Positions 1 to 10,103 of a stretch of 64,000 nucleotides of DNA are shown in pieces. Each line of letters opens with the position of its first letter. Within the stretch, counting starts at the first letter, position 1. Position numbers and translations under genes: made by a program. Origin of the DNA: Candidatus Latescibacterota bacterium (GTDB lineage Bacteria > Latescibacterota > UBA2968 > UBA8231). Under the pieces are notes generated by a model. It was given only the letters and a program-made list of their open reading frames with translations, searched no databases and had not been told where the DNA came from. The DNA lies in the NCBI GenBank assembly GCA_965208105.1, contig OZ242318.1, positions 2,176,001 through 2,240,000 of the forward strand, in the 5' to 3' direction.

Positions 1-1494
1 AGCACGACTCTGGAACTGAGCTACATACCGTCCAGACGGGGCCCGACTGATAGCAGCATAGGGTTTGCCACCAATGATCCCGACAACCCCTCGGTGCGGA
101 TTCCACTGCGTGGAGCAGGAGTCGTACCGACCCGGCTGGCCCTCGATCTGGATCCTGATCCGGGGTTCCAGGCACTGCAGGACACTACCCTGGCTCCGGG
201 CGCGGGGGTTTCTCTGGCTTTCTTCGTCGAGGAGGCCTTGCAGCTTGTAAACTTCGAACTGCTCTTGAGCTTTGACCCCACGATCTTCAACCTGGCAGGA
301 TTTGCCGCGGACGGTCCCGGTGAGGCCAATTTGCTGAAGTCGGGGGGGAACTCGGTGCTGCCTTCCGCTGCCACGCCAACGGACACCCTGTTGCAGGTTG
401 GTGCCCGTACCCAGGAAGGAGCCCAGGGCGTCTCAGGTGACGGCCTGCTCGGCGTTCTATCCCTTGTAGTCGACCCCGCTGTAGTCGCCCGGGGACAAAC
501 CAGCTCCATCCGCCTGGTCGAAGCTCGGTTGCAAAGCAGCGACCAAAGCAATCCGGATACCCTGCGTCCGGGATCAACTGCGAGTTTCCGGATACGGCCG
601 GCGCTGGTGAGCGACTTCAATTACGACAACGTGGTCGACTTCGAGGACTTTTTCCTCTTCGCCGACCAGTTCGGCACGACCCCGGACTCGCCCAACTGGG
701 ATTCGAGGTTCGATATCAACCAGGATGGAGCTTCTCTGAACAGAGTTGACTTCGAAGACTTCTTTGTCTTTGCCGAACAATTCGGCAGCGCGGCAGCCAA
801 GCCCCTGGCCGCTCAGGTTGCCTCCTCCCGACACCTGCTGCTGCAAACGGTGCCCGCGAGTGGCGACCTCGACCGCGCCCGATTCGAGCTTCTCTGGCAG
901 GGATCCCCTACGCCCCGCGGGTACGCCATTGCCTTGGAGTACGATCCGGAGGTGCTGCGCTTCGACGAGTTCCAGCCCCGTCCCGCCCATGACCCCCTGC
1001 CCCTGATCAGGCATGACCACTCCGGTCTCCTGGTATTCGCCGCCGGCCTTGCCTCAGGTCAGCCGCCATTTCAGGGCGACGACCTCGGCGTCCTGGTTTT
1101 CGAGCGTCTCTCCACCGGGACTACTACCCTTCGGTCCAGCCGCGCTCTGGCCTATACTCAAGGCAGGACGACTGAACTGGCCGCTCCACCGTCGGTGGTG
1201 CTGGCGGAATTGCCAAGGACCTATGTCCTCTTCCCCGCCTTTCCCAACCCTTTCAATCCCCAGACAACGGTGTCCTTCTTTCTACCCGAGGAATCCAAGG
1301 TCCGACTCCGAGTCTATGACCTTCTGGGCCGCCCGGTTCGCAACCTGGCCGCCGGGCGCCTGTCCGCCGGGTACCACACCTTGACCTGGAAGGGACGAAA
1401 CGAGTTCGGGCGCACGGTGGCGGCCGGGGTCTACCTGCTCGAATTGCGCGCCCGGGACTTTCGCCAGGTGCGAAAACTCCTGTTGCTCAAGTAG
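1..1494 (+). CDS. Secreted surface protein, 5'-truncated: Ig/ASH-like domain end, cohesin-like domains, EF-hand dockerin-like pair, C-terminal FlgD/T9SS-type sorting domain
   Basis: Frame is open from base 1 (STTLELSY...TNDPDNPSVRIPLRG); duplicated DFxDFFxFAxQFG motifs; C-terminal FPNPFNPQT...VYDLLGRPVR...GVYLLEL...RKLLLLK. Confidence 0.8.
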   Translation, partial: STTLELSYIPSRRGPTDSSIGFATNDPDNPSVRIPLRGAGVVPTRLALDLDPDPGFQALQDTTLAPGAGVSLAFFVEEALQLVNFELLLSFDPTIFNLAGFAADGPGEANLLKSGGNSVLPSAATPTDTLLQVGARTQEGAQGVSGDGLLGVLSLVVDPAVVARGQTSSIRLVEARLQSSDQSNPDTLRPGSTASFRIRPALVSDFNYDNVVDFEDFFLFADQFGTTPDSPNWDSRFDINQDGASLNRVDFEDFFVFAEQFGSAAAKPLAAQVASSRHLLLQTVPASGDLDRARFELLWQGSPTPRGYAIALEYDPEVLRFDEFQPRPAHDPLPLIRHDHSGLLVFAAGLASGQPPFQGDDLGVLVFERLSTGTTTLRSSRALAYTQGRTTELAAPPSVVLAELPRTYVLFPAFPNPFNPQTTVSFFLPEESKVRLRVYDLLGRPVRNLAAGRLSAGYHTLTWKGRNEFGRTVAAGVYLLELRARDFRQVRKLLLLK

Positions 1495-1528
1495 AAACTC
1501 CTCCAATGGCCCTGGAGACCTCCCTATC

Positions 1529-1557
1529 TTGACAGCCCGTTCGGGGCAGCATATATT
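1529..1557 (+). promoter_or_regulatory. sigma70-type promoter of the rpmI operon
   Basis: TTGACA-17 bp-TATATT upstream of rpmI. Confidence 0.65.
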
Positions 1558-1608
1558 CTAAGTTTTCGCAGCCAACGCCTTACAACACAGTCAGGTATCG
1601 AGAGAACC

Positions 1609-1806
1609 ATGCCCAAGATCAAGACGCACAAATCCTCTGCCAAGCGCTTCAAGAGGCGAGGGTCGGGCAGCCTCAAGCGCCGCAACGCCTATGCCACCCA
1701 TAACCTGGCCAAGAAAACTGCCAAGCGCAAAAGGGGGTTTCGCAAGTCCGAGCCCATCGCCCCTGCAAACAGCGCCAGCATTCGACGCGCGCTCGGCATG
1801 AAGTGA
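1609..1806 (+). CDS. rpmI: 50S ribosomal protein L35
   Basis: [15 protein letters not shown], 65 aa, upstream of rplT. Confidence 0.97.
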   Translation: MPKIKTHKSSAKRFKRRGSGSLKRRNAYATHNLAKKTAKRKRGFRKSEPIAPANSASIRRALGMK

Positions 1807-1819
1807 GGAGAGGGATAAC

Positions 1820-2173
1820 GTGCCAAGGGCGAAAAACAGCGTCTCATCCAGGAGGCGCCGGAAAAAGGTCATCAAGCTGGCCAGGGGATATTGGGGAGCC
1901 CGCAGCCGTCTATTCCGCACTGCCAGGGAGGCTGTGGACCGGGCTCAGGTTTACGCCTACCGGGACCGCCGCAGGAGAAAGAGGGACTTCCGCCGCTTGT
2001 GGATCGCCCGGATCAACGCTGCCGCCCGCCTCAATGGCGTTACCTACAGCCAGTTGATCAATGGCCTGGATCGGGCAGGGATTGAAATCAACCGGAAGAT
2101 TCTGGCCGATCTGGCCGTCAACGATGAGGCGGCATTCTCCGCCGTCGCAAAGCAAGCCAAGGCCCATCTCTAA
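1820..2173 (+). CDS. rplT: 50S ribosomal protein L20
   Basis: [10 protein letters not shown]...[26 protein letters not shown]. Confidence 0.98.
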   Translation: MPRAKNSVSSRRRRKKVIKLARGYWGARSRLFRTAREAVDRAQVYAYRDRRRRKRDFRRLWIARINAAARLNGVTYSQLINGLDRAGIEINRKILADLAVNDEAAFSAVAKQAKAHL

Positions 2174-2420
2174 CCGGTCTCGTCCCCGAGGAAACCGCCG
2201 GCGCCTTGGCGCAAAGGAGGGCCTTAGGAACTCGGGCCCCGCCGCGCTCGACTAGCAAGGCCTGCCTCCCAACCAATTCGCACATTCTGGAGAGCATGGG
2301 CGTCGGTCGTCCAGGCGAATGGACCGGCGCCGGCATGCCGGCCCACCGTCGGAGAACGGCCGCGACGGAACGACCTCCCATTCTTCCATGTGAAGCCGGG
2401 CTGATTTTGCGGCCAAATAT

Positions 2421-3443
2421 ATGCTTGAAGAAATAGAAGAGTTGCGCCGGGCTGCCCTAGCCGAAATAGAAGCTGCCGCAGACCTGCAGGTGCTGCAGCA
2501 GTTGCGCGTACGTCATTTGGGCCGCAAGAGCCGGCTGCGGCAAATCACGAGCGCAATCGGAACCCTCCCCCCCGGACAGCGCCCCGCCCTGGGCCGAGCC
2601 TCAGCCGAGGCCCGGGAGGTCCTTCAGACGGCCCTTGAAAAACGGCAACTGTTCCTCGCGGAAGCGGAAGAAACCGGCCCGGAGATGGACCTTACCCTGC
2701 CGGGACGACGACTCCTTGCCGGCAAGCTCCATCCGCTCACATGCATGAGCGAGGAACTCATCGAGGTCTTCCAAGGCATGGGATTCGGTGTTGCCGAGGG
2801 GCCGGAGATCGAGGATGAGTATCACAACTTCGACGCCCTGAATACGCCTGCCGACCATCCTGCGCGAGACCTGAACGACACCTTCTACCTGGAAGACGGC
2901 CGTCTCCTCCGCACCCATACCTCACCCGTACAGATCCGCGTCATGGAGACCACCCAGCCGCCGGTCCGTGTCGTCTCACCTGGACGCTGTTACCGCAAGG
3001 AAACCGTTGACGCCACTCACCACTATGTATTCCACCACTTCGAGGGACTCTATGTGGACCGCGGGGTATCGGTGGCCGACCTGAAGGGGACTCTCGAAGT
3101 AATGGGACGCCGGCTCATGGGAAAGGAAACCCAGGTCCGCTTTCGCCCCCACTTCTTTCCATTTACCGAACCCAGCATGGAGTATGATCTGTCCTGCTCC
3201 ATCTGCGGGGGGTCGCATCCAGGCTGCAAGATTTGCAAAGGTAGCGGCTGGCTCGAAATCGGAGGCGCGGGCATGGTCGATCCCGCCGTCTTCGAAGCTG
3301 TGGGCTACGACCCCGAGATCTACAGCGGCTTTGCTTTCGGCATGGGAATAGACCGGATCGCCATGATCCGCCACGGCATCGATGACATCCGCCTTTTCCT
3401 GGAAAACGACCTGCGCTTCATCAGGCAGTTTCATGGCTCATGA
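2421..3443 (+). CDS. pheS: Phenylalanine-tRNA ligase alpha subunit
   Basis: HPARDLNDTFY, LLRTHTSPVQIR, FPFTEPS, GFAFGMGIDR. Confidence 0.98.
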   Translation: MLEEIEELRRAALAEIEAAADLQVLQQLRVRHLGRKSRLRQITSAIGTLPPGQRPALGRASAEAREVLQTALEKRQLFLAEAEETGPEMDLTLPGRRLLAGKLHPLTCMSEELIEVFQGMGFGVAEGPEIEDEYHNFDALNTPADHPARDLNDTFYLEDGRLLRTHTSPVQIRVMETTQPPVRVVSPGRCYRKETVDATHHYVFHHFEGLYVDRGVSVADLKGTLEVMGRRLMGKETQVRFRPHFFPFTEPSMEYDLSCSICGGSHPGCKICKGSGWLEIGGAGMVDPAVFEAVGYDPEIYSGFAFGMGIDRIAMIRHGIDDIRLFLENDLRFIRQFHGS

Positions 3444-5803
3444 AGATCACCTATAACTGGCTCAAAGAGTACATTGATTTTGCCTGGGACTACCCCGAGC
3501 TGGTCGACCGGCTGACCATGAGCGGACTGGAACGGGAATCGGTGGAGGATCTGGGGAAACGGTACCGCGGTGTAGTGGTCGGCGAAGTGCTGGAGTGCGT
3601 CCGGCATCCCAACGCCGACCGCCTGAAGGTGTGCAAGGTGGGCATTGGCTCGACCGCTCACACCATCGTCTGCGGCGCATCCAACGCGGCAGCGGGCAAG
3701 AAGGTCCCCGTCATCCTGCCCGGCCATTCTCTTCCCGACGGGACCCTGATTGGAAAATCCTCTATCCGCGGAGTCGAGTCCGCCGGCATGATTTGCTCCG
3801 AGGTTGAACTGGACCTGGGTTCAGACGCCAGCGGGATCATCGAGCTGCCCCCCGAAATGAAGACCGGGAAGTCCTTTGCCTCCCAGATGGGTCTCGACGA
3901 TGTGGTCATTGACTTCGAGGTTACCCCCAACCGCCCTGACTGCCTGAGCGTCTTCGGCATAGCCAGGGAGGTTGGCGCTCTGGCAGACGCCGACCTGAAG
4001 TTGCCGCCCCATTCGGTTGCGGAAACCGGTCCGCCCATTTCCAGCTCCATTTCCATTGAAATTGAAGATCCCCAATCCTGCAGGCGCTACGTCGGCCGGG
4101 TCCTGCGCAATGTCCGGGTCGGTCCTTCGCCTCCCTGGCTGCAGAGGCGCCTCCGCGCCGTAGGCCAGCGGCCGATCAACAACGTCGTCGATATCACCAA
4201 TTTCGTGCTGCTGGAACTGGGCCACCCGCTGCATGCCTTTGACCTGAACAAGCTGGAAGATTCCCGGATTGTGGTGCGCCGCGCCAAACAGGGCGAAGTC
4301 CTGGAAACCCTTGACGGAGTCCGCCGCGAGCTGAATCCCGAAATCCTCGTCGTCGCCGACGGCAAACGGGCTGTCGCCGCGGCCGGCATCATGGGCGGCG
4401 TCAACTCCGAGGTGACGGAAGAAACGGTGGATATTCTGCTCGAAAGTGCCTATTTTTCAGCCCCGCGGGTGCGGCGGGCAAAATCACTGCTGGGCATCAA
4501 CACCGAAGCCTCCATGCGCTTTGAGCGCGGCGCCGACTTTGCCATTCCACCACTGGCCATCGATCGCGCCGCCCACCTGATCTCGGCGCTCTGCGGCTGC
4601 CAGGTTGCGCCTGGCCGCCTCGATGTATGTCCGGCTCCTCTGGCCCGGACCCGGATCAGGGCCCGCGTCGGACGGATCAATCGATTGCTGAGCACTGACC
4701 TTGACCCAGGCACCGTATGCCACATCCTCAGGCGACTGGGATGCGAGGTGGAGAGAGAGGGTGAAATCCTGACCGTTGCCGCTCCCAGTTTCCGCCCCGA
4801 TCTGCAGCGCGAGGTCGACCTCGTCGAGGAGGTGGGACGTATCCACGGCTACGAGCACATAGTTTCAAGTTCGTCGGCCGGTGGACCACTGGGGACCGCC
4901 GCCAACTGCCCCTACAGGCTGCAGGGCATCATACGCCACCGCCTCGCGGGTCTGGGCCTCGACGAAGTCGTGAGCAACCCCTTCATCGAAGGGAAATGGC
5001 TTGAATTGCTGGAGGTCGACCTTGGTTCGCTCATTCAACTGGCAAACCCGCCCGCAGAGGACCAGGGTATAATGCGCCCTACCCTTATTCCCAGCCTGTT
5101 GGATATCGCGCGCCGCAACTTCAACCAGCGGGCCCCCACGGTGGCCATCTTCGAGGTGGGCAAGTGCTTCGCCAAATCCCGGGAGGCCTTGCGCTTGGCC
5201 GCTCTGTGGTCCGGCCGGTCCACCGCCTCGTCCTGGCAGGCCGACCACAGGGAAGTCGAGATTTGGGACCTGAAGGGATTGCTCGAGACCTTCCTCGATT
5301 TTTCGCCCGTGAGCTTCGTAGCAGCCAATCACCCGCAATTCCGCCGCGGCCAGGGCGCCCAGGTCCGCATCGGGGACCAGCCAGTGGGATCTCTGGGCAC
5401 GATAGCTCCAGCCCTGAGTAAGGCCTTTGATATCGAGCGGCCCGTGCATATCTTTGACCTTGACTTCCAGAGTCTGGCACAACACTGGAACCCGCATGGT
5501 TCCACCTTCAGGCCGCTGCCCAAGTTCCCACCTATCGAGCGCGACCTGGCCATCGTTCTCGACGACGGCATCAGCGGCGCTGATGTGGTCGCACAGATCC
5601 GCGCCACTGCGCCCCAACTTATCGAGACAGTGGAACCATTCGCCCTTTACCGGGGAGACCAGATCGCCGCCGGCCGCAAGAGCCTGACCTTTTCCATTCG
5701 GCTGCGATCCGGTGAAAAGACCCTGAAGGACGAGGATGCGGACGAGGTAATGGAGGCCATTCTGGATCGCCTGCGGAATGCCTTCGGCGCCGAATTGCGC
5801 TGA
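3440..5803 (+). CDS. pheT: Phenylalanine-tRNA ligase beta subunit
   Basis: HPNADRLKVC, VTPNRPDCLS, C-terminal FDX-ACB (RDLAIV...KSLTF); ATGA overlap with pheS. Confidence 0.98.
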   Translation: MKITYNWLKEYIDFAWDYPELVDRLTMSGLERESVEDLGKRYRGVVVGEVLECVRHPNADRLKVCKVGIGSTAHTIVCGASNAAAGKKVPVILPGHSLPDGTLIGKSSIRGVESAGMICSEVELDLGSDASGIIELPPEMKTGKSFASQMGLDDVVIDFEVTPNRPDCLSVFGIAREVGALADADLKLPPHSVAETGPPISSSISIEIEDPQSCRRYVGRVLRNVRVGPSPPWLQRRLRAVGQRPINNVVDITNFVLLELGHPLHAFDLNKLEDSRIVVRRAKQGEVLETLDGVRRELNPEILVVADGKRAVAAAGIMGGVNSEVTEETVDILLESAYFSAPRVRRAKSLLGINTEASMRFERGADFAIPPLAIDRAAHLISALCGCQVAPGRLDVCPAPLARTRIRARVGRINRLLSTDLDPGTVCHILRRLGCEVEREGEILTVAAPSFRPDLQREVDLVEEVGRIHGYEHIVSSSSAGGPLGTAANCPYRLQGIIRHRLAGLGLDEVVSNPFIEGKWLELLEVDLGSLIQLANPPAEDQGIMRPTLIPSLLDIARRNFNQRAPTVAIFEVGKCFAKSREALRLAALWSGRSTASSWQADHREVEIWDLKGLLETFLDFSPVSFVAANHPQFRRGQGAQVRIGDQPVGSLGTIAPALSKAFDIERPVHIFDLDFQSLAQHWNPHGSTFRPLPKFPPIERDLAIVLDDGISGADVVAQIRATAPQLIETVEPFALYRGDQIAAGRKSLTFSIRLRSGEKTLKDEDADEVMEAILDRLRNAFGAELR

Positions 5804-5855
5804 CTACACTTTTGAGATAAAATTATTCAAGACCTAGACAGGAGCAGATTCGATC

Positions 5856-6104
5856 ATGGTTGTGGAGAGCAACTTTGAACGCTTGGAGAGGGAGGTCAAC
5901 CGCCTCGTAGAAGGGTTGGCCCAAATGCGGCAGGAAAATGCCGCGTTGCAGACCCGGATCGAGAACCTCAGAGCCGAAAACGAGCAACTCAAGACCAATC
6001 TACAGCTGGCAGAAGCACATTCTCAGGAAAGCCTCAAGAACCGCGAGGAAATCAAAGGTCGGATAGAGAATATTCTGACCAAATTGGAGGGAGTAGAGCT
6101 TTAG
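5856..6104 (+). CDS. zapB: ZapB-like coiled-coil cell division protein
   Basis: 82-aa heptad coiled coil between pheT and zapA. Confidence 0.7.
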   Translation: MVVESNFERLEREVNRLVEGLAQMRQENAALQTRIENLRAENEQLKTNLQLAEAHSQESLKNREEIKGRIENILTKLEGVEL

Positions 6105-6174
6105 GACTCTGCGCCAGGACGATTTCAGGTTTTCAGGCCGGACGCGGTAAATCCTTCCCGAAACAGTTACCAAA

Positions 6175-6504
6175 ATGGCAGATGGCGATCCTACTAATGT
6201 AGCTGTCAATATATTCGGCAAGACCTACACTTTCGCCTCCGATCGAGATTTGGGCGCGGAGCACATCCTGCAGGTCGCCCAACTCGTGGACGAAAAGATG
6301 CGTGCCATTTCCCAATCGCACCGTCACCCGTCCTCGCTGCAAATAGCCATTCTGACTGGACTGGAACTGGTAGACGAGCTGTTCAAGCTGGAGAGCGACT
6401 ACCAGGATGCCGAATCCGATATTGTCCGGCGCACTTCCAGGCTGGTGGCTTCTCTCGACCGCGCCTTTCGGGAACCTGAGACCAAGTCGTCCAATCCAGC
6501 ATAA
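6175..6504 (+). CDS. zapA: Cell division protein ZapA
   Basis: VNIFGKTY...VAQLVDEKMR...AILTGLELVDEL. Confidence 0.9.
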   Translation: MADGDPTNVAVNIFGKTYTFASDRDLGAEHILQVAQLVDEKMRAISQSHRHPSSLQIAILTGLELVDELFKLESDYQDAESDIVRRTSRLVASLDRAFREPETKSSNPA

Positions 6505-6528
6505 ATCCCCAAACAAGGGAGAAAAGGT

Positions 6529-8091
6529 ATGGCCCCCGTGGGCGAGGTGGTCCTCGCATTCACCATCTCTGCGCTTGCCTTCCTCCTCGGCTGGTTGGCG
6601 AACGAACGGATACGCCGGAGAAAAATCGACAGCGCTCAGGTAGCCGTCAGGAAGATTATCTCAAATGCCGAGGAAGATGCGGAGACCCTGAAAAAGACCG
6701 CTGTCCTGGAAGCCAAGGACGAATGGCGCCGCGAGCGCGACCCTTTGGAAAAGGAGTTGGAAACAGCCAGCCGCTCTTTGCGCGACCTGGAGGCCAAACT
6801 TCTCGAGCGGGAGCAGCAACTCGACCGCAAGGTCGACATCCTGGACGGCAAGGAGCGCAGGTTGCTGAAAACCGAAAAGACATTCGAGCAGCACAGGGAA
6901 AAGGCCGCGGCGGATGAGGCCATGATTGAGGAAATGATCCGCGAGCAGCAACAGCGGCTGGAATCCCTGGCCGGCATGGACCGGGCGGAGGCGCGCGAGA
7001 TGCTCATCTCCCAGCAGGAAGAGAGCGCCCGGCAATTTGCGGCCCGCAAGGTGAAGGAGATCAAGGACAACGCCATTGCCTCCGCCAACCGCGAGGCCAA
7101 AGACATAGTGGCTCGCTCGATTCAGCGCTTTGCCGGCGAGCTGAGCGTGGAAAGCACCGTCTCGGTAGTCAACATCCCCTCCGACGAAATGAAGGGGCGC
7201 ATCATTGGCCGCGACGGGCGCAATATCCGGTCTTTCGAGATGATAACCGGTGTCGAGGTCATCGTCGACGACACACCTGGAATGGTGATGCTCTCGAGTT
7301 TCGATCCGCTGCGCCGGGAGGTGGCCAGAAACACCCTGGAAAAGCTGATTCTGGACGGACGCATCCACCCTGGGAGGATCGAAGAAATCTACGAAAAGGC
7401 GCGGGCAGACGTCGAAGAGCTCATCCGTGAATCCGGTTCAAAGGCGGCCTTCGACCTGGGTATTCACGATTTGGCCGAACCCTTGCTGGAGCTGCTTGGC
7501 CAGCTGCGATTTCACACGAGCCATGGCCAGAATCTACTCACTCACAGCAAGGAAGTGGGCTTTCTCGCCGGCATGATGGCCGACGAGCTCCGGCTGAACG
7601 CAGCTCTTGCCCGCCGTGCGGGCCTCCTTCACGACATTGGCAAGGCCATAAGCCACGAAGTAGGCAGCGACCCGGTCCAGGCAAGTGCTGCCCTGGCGCG
7701 CAAATGCGGCGAGAACCCCGATGTTGTCCAGGTAATCGAAACGCACAGCCACGACGTCCCTTCGCGGTCGACGATCGCCATACTGGTGGACATTGCCAAC
7801 GACGTGTCAACCAGCCGGCCCGGAGCCCAGAACGAAAAAGGTGAACAGTACGCGAGGCGCCTGGAACACATCGAGAAAATCGCCCTGAGCCTGTCGGGAG
7901 TGGAAAAAGCCTATGCCCTGCAGAACGGCAGGGAAATCCGGGTCCTGGTTGACAGCGCCATCGTGGACGATGCATATGCCGATCAAATCGCCGATGAGAT
8001 CGCCGACAAACTGGAACAGGAATTGGATCAGCCTGGGCAGATAAAGGTCTGTATCATCCGCGAGGTCCGCGCAATCCACTATGCCCGTTGA
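6529..8091 (+). CDS. rny: Ribonuclease Y
   Basis: N-terminal TM, coiled coil, KH (MKGRIIGRDGRNIR), HD (GLLHDIGK); zapA-rny-ymdB synteny. Confidence 0.95.
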   Translation: MAPVGEVVLAFTISALAFLLGWLANERIRRRKIDSAQVAVRKIISNAEEDAETLKKTAVLEAKDEWRRERDPLEKELETASRSLRDLEAKLLEREQQLDRKVDILDGKERRLLKTEKTFEQHREKAAADEAMIEEMIREQQQRLESLAGMDRAEAREMLISQQEESARQFAARKVKEIKDNAIASANREAKDIVARSIQRFAGELSVESTVSVVNIPSDEMKGRIIGRDGRNIRSFEMITGVEVIVDDTPGMVMLSSFDPLRREVARNTLEKLILDGRIHPGRIEEIYEKARADVEELIRESGSKAAFDLGIHDLAEPLLELLGQLRFHTSHGQNLLTHSKEVGFLAGMMADELRLNAALARRAGLLHDIGKAISHEVGSDPVQASAALARKCGENPDVVQVIETHSHDVPSRSTIAILVDIANDVSTSRPGAQNEKGEQYARRLEHIEKIALSLSGVEKAYALQNGREIRVLVDSAIVDDAYADQIADEIADKLEQELDQPGQIKVCIIREVRAIHYAR

Positions 8092-8109
8092 CCAGGCCAG
8101 CAGGCCATC

Positions 8110-8925
8110 TTGAGAATACTATTCGTCGCTGATATCTATGCCCGCGCCGGACGTCGGGCGGCTGCAGACCAGATTCCCCGACTGATCAGGGAGCACAGCG
8201 TGGACTTCTGCATAGTCAACGGCGAAAATGCCGCAGGAGGTTTTGGACTGACGGGGAATATCGCCCGCAAACTGCGAAGCTACGGCGCTGACGTGATCAC
8301 CACGGGGAACCACGTGTGGGACCGCAAGGACTTCCTTCCCTTCCTCAATAACTCGGAGTTTGTCCTGCGTCCATTCAACTACCCTGCGGAGGCTCCGGGT
8401 GCGGGTTCCATCGTCGTCACGTCGCGCCTGGGGAAGCCGGTGGGGGTCCTGAACCTTCAGGGCCGCACCCACTTGCCCAGCACGAGCTGCCCCTTTCGGC
8501 AGGGCCACAGCGAAATACAGCGCCTGAAAAGGGAAACCCCCATCATCTTCGTCGATTTTCACGCTGAGGCCACTGCCGAGAAGATTGCCATGGGATGGTA
8601 CCTGGACGGATTGGCCTCTGCCGTAATCGGCACCCACACTCACGTGCAGACGGCCGACGAACGGATCCTGCCCAAAGGGACGGCATATTTGACCGATGCG
8701 GGCATGACCGGACCGCATGATTCGGTGATCGGAGTCCGCTCCGAAATAGCCATCCAGCGCTTCCTCACCCAGGTCCCCATCCGCTTCAAGCCGGCAGAAT
8801 ACAATGTCAAACTTTGCGGAGCGTTGATCGACGTGGACGATGAAAGCGGACGCGCCTTGAAGATCCAGCGCCTGCAGATCAGCGCCCGACTCAACCACAT
8901 GGAAGGAGATGGAGAAGGCGATTGA
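8110..8925 (+). CDS. ymdB: YmdB-like metallophosphoesterase
   Basis: NGENAAGGFG, TTGNHVWD, DFHAEATAEK, GTHTHVQTAD. Confidence 0.93.
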   Translation: MRILFVADIYARAGRRAAADQIPRLIREHSVDFCIVNGENAAGGFGLTGNIARKLRSYGADVITTGNHVWDRKDFLPFLNNSEFVLRPFNYPAEAPGAGSIVVTSRLGKPVGVLNLQGRTHLPSTSCPFRQGHSEIQRLKRETPIIFVDFHAEATAEKIAMGWYLDGLASAVIGTHTHVQTADERILPKGTAYLTDAGMTGPHDSVIGVRSEIAIQRFLTQVPIRFKPAEYNVKLCGALIDVDDESGRALKIQRLQISARLNHMEGDGEGD

Positions 8926-9028
8926 ACCAATCTCCGCCCAGCGAACCAACATCCTCCATTCCCCCCCGGTTCGATACCTTTTCCCTTTTCCAGATTCGCA
9001 CCCATAGTCCCATTCCCCTGTACCCTGA

Positions 9029-9895
9029 ATGCGCTACGCGATCCTGACCAACCCGGTGTCGGGTGCCATGACCGTCGACCAGAAACGCCGTGCCCTGGCG
9101 CCGGCCGCCGAGATTCTCGACGCGAGGATATATGGATTGGACTCCGGAAGGGCGGCTGAACTGATCCAATGCGCCCGTGAACTGGCCGACACCTGCGACG
9201 TGCTTGTCGCAGCCGGTGGAGACGGCACATTTTCCGACATCATCAATGCCATCGACACCTCGCGCACCCCGGTTGCCTACCTGCCCCTGGGCACCGGCAA
9301 CGCCCTGCACCATGCCTTCAGCTACAGGGGAAAGCTGGCGGATATCGCGGCGCGGATCAGGCGAGCGCAGGTCCGCGCCTACGACCTGATCGACTGTGAC
9401 GGAAAAAAGCGCGCCGTCATGGCCTCCACGGGAATTGACGCGACCATAATCAGGCTTCGCGATGCCTACCGCATGCGTGGAATCTCCGGGTTCAGCGCCT
9501 ACCTGCGCGGAACTCTCGCTGCATACTTCAGGGAATACGAGCGGGTCCGCGCCGAAGTCGTGGTGGACGGGGTTGCCTTCGAGGTCCGCAATCTATTGAG
9601 CCTGATGGTCGTGAAGCAGCCGTTCTTCGGCTTCGGCATGAAGGTGGTTCCCAATGCGCGATTCGACGGAGGGCAGTTGCATGTTCTCTGGATCAATTCC
9701 GGACTGTTGAAATTCGCCCTGGGCGGATTGGCCGCATTCACCATCGGCAATCGGGTTGGCATCTATCGCCCATGCCGGCATGTGGAGGTAAGGTTGGAAC
9801 GGCCACTGGCGCTGCAGATCGACGGCGACTCTGCCTGGGAAGCGAGTGCCTTCAACTTCACCGTCATGCCGGGGGCACTGCGGATCAAGTGTTGA
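9029..9895 (+). CDS. Diacylglycerol kinase family lipid kinase
   Basis: NPVSG, AAGGDGT, PLGTGNAL, QIDGD. Confidence 0.9.
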   Translation: MRYAILTNPVSGAMTVDQKRRALAPAAEILDARIYGLDSGRAAELIQCARELADTCDVLVAAGGDGTFSDIINAIDTSRTPVAYLPLGTGNALHHAFSYRGKLADIAARIRRAQVRAYDLIDCDGKKRAVMASTGIDATIIRLRDAYRMRGISGFSAYLRGTLAAYFREYERVRAEVVVDGVAFEVRNLLSLMVVKQPFFGFGMKVVPNARFDGGQLHVLWINSGLLKFALGGLAAFTIGNRVGIYRPCRHVEVRLERPLALQIDGDSAWEASAFNFTVMPGALRIKC

Positions 9896-9946
9896 GAATG
9901 TTCATGGATCGAGGCGATTGACTGGAAGCCAATTTTTCAAATCGCC

Positions 9947-9975
9947 TTGACCACAACCTTCCATTGACCTACCAT
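9947..9975 (+). promoter_or_regulatory. Putative promoter of xseAB
   Basis: TTGACC-17 bp-TACCAT. Confidence 0.5.
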
Positions 9976-10103
9976 GTCTGACCGAACGCGGGCAAGGAGG
10001 GACCGGGCAACCATATCGGCGTGGCCTCTGTGACCCCGCGGTTGAACTCGGCCCGGAACACCAATTATTCCAGTTATTCCAGAAGTCTCGATCCCGGACT
10101 CAC

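Noticed and set aside
1495-1608. Absence of infC before rpmI
   Set aside because: Operon splitting is common and rpmI has its own promoter.
6105-6528. 6S RNA near zapA
   Set aside because: The zapA-rny gap is only 24 bp, and no 6S-like structure was recognised nearby.
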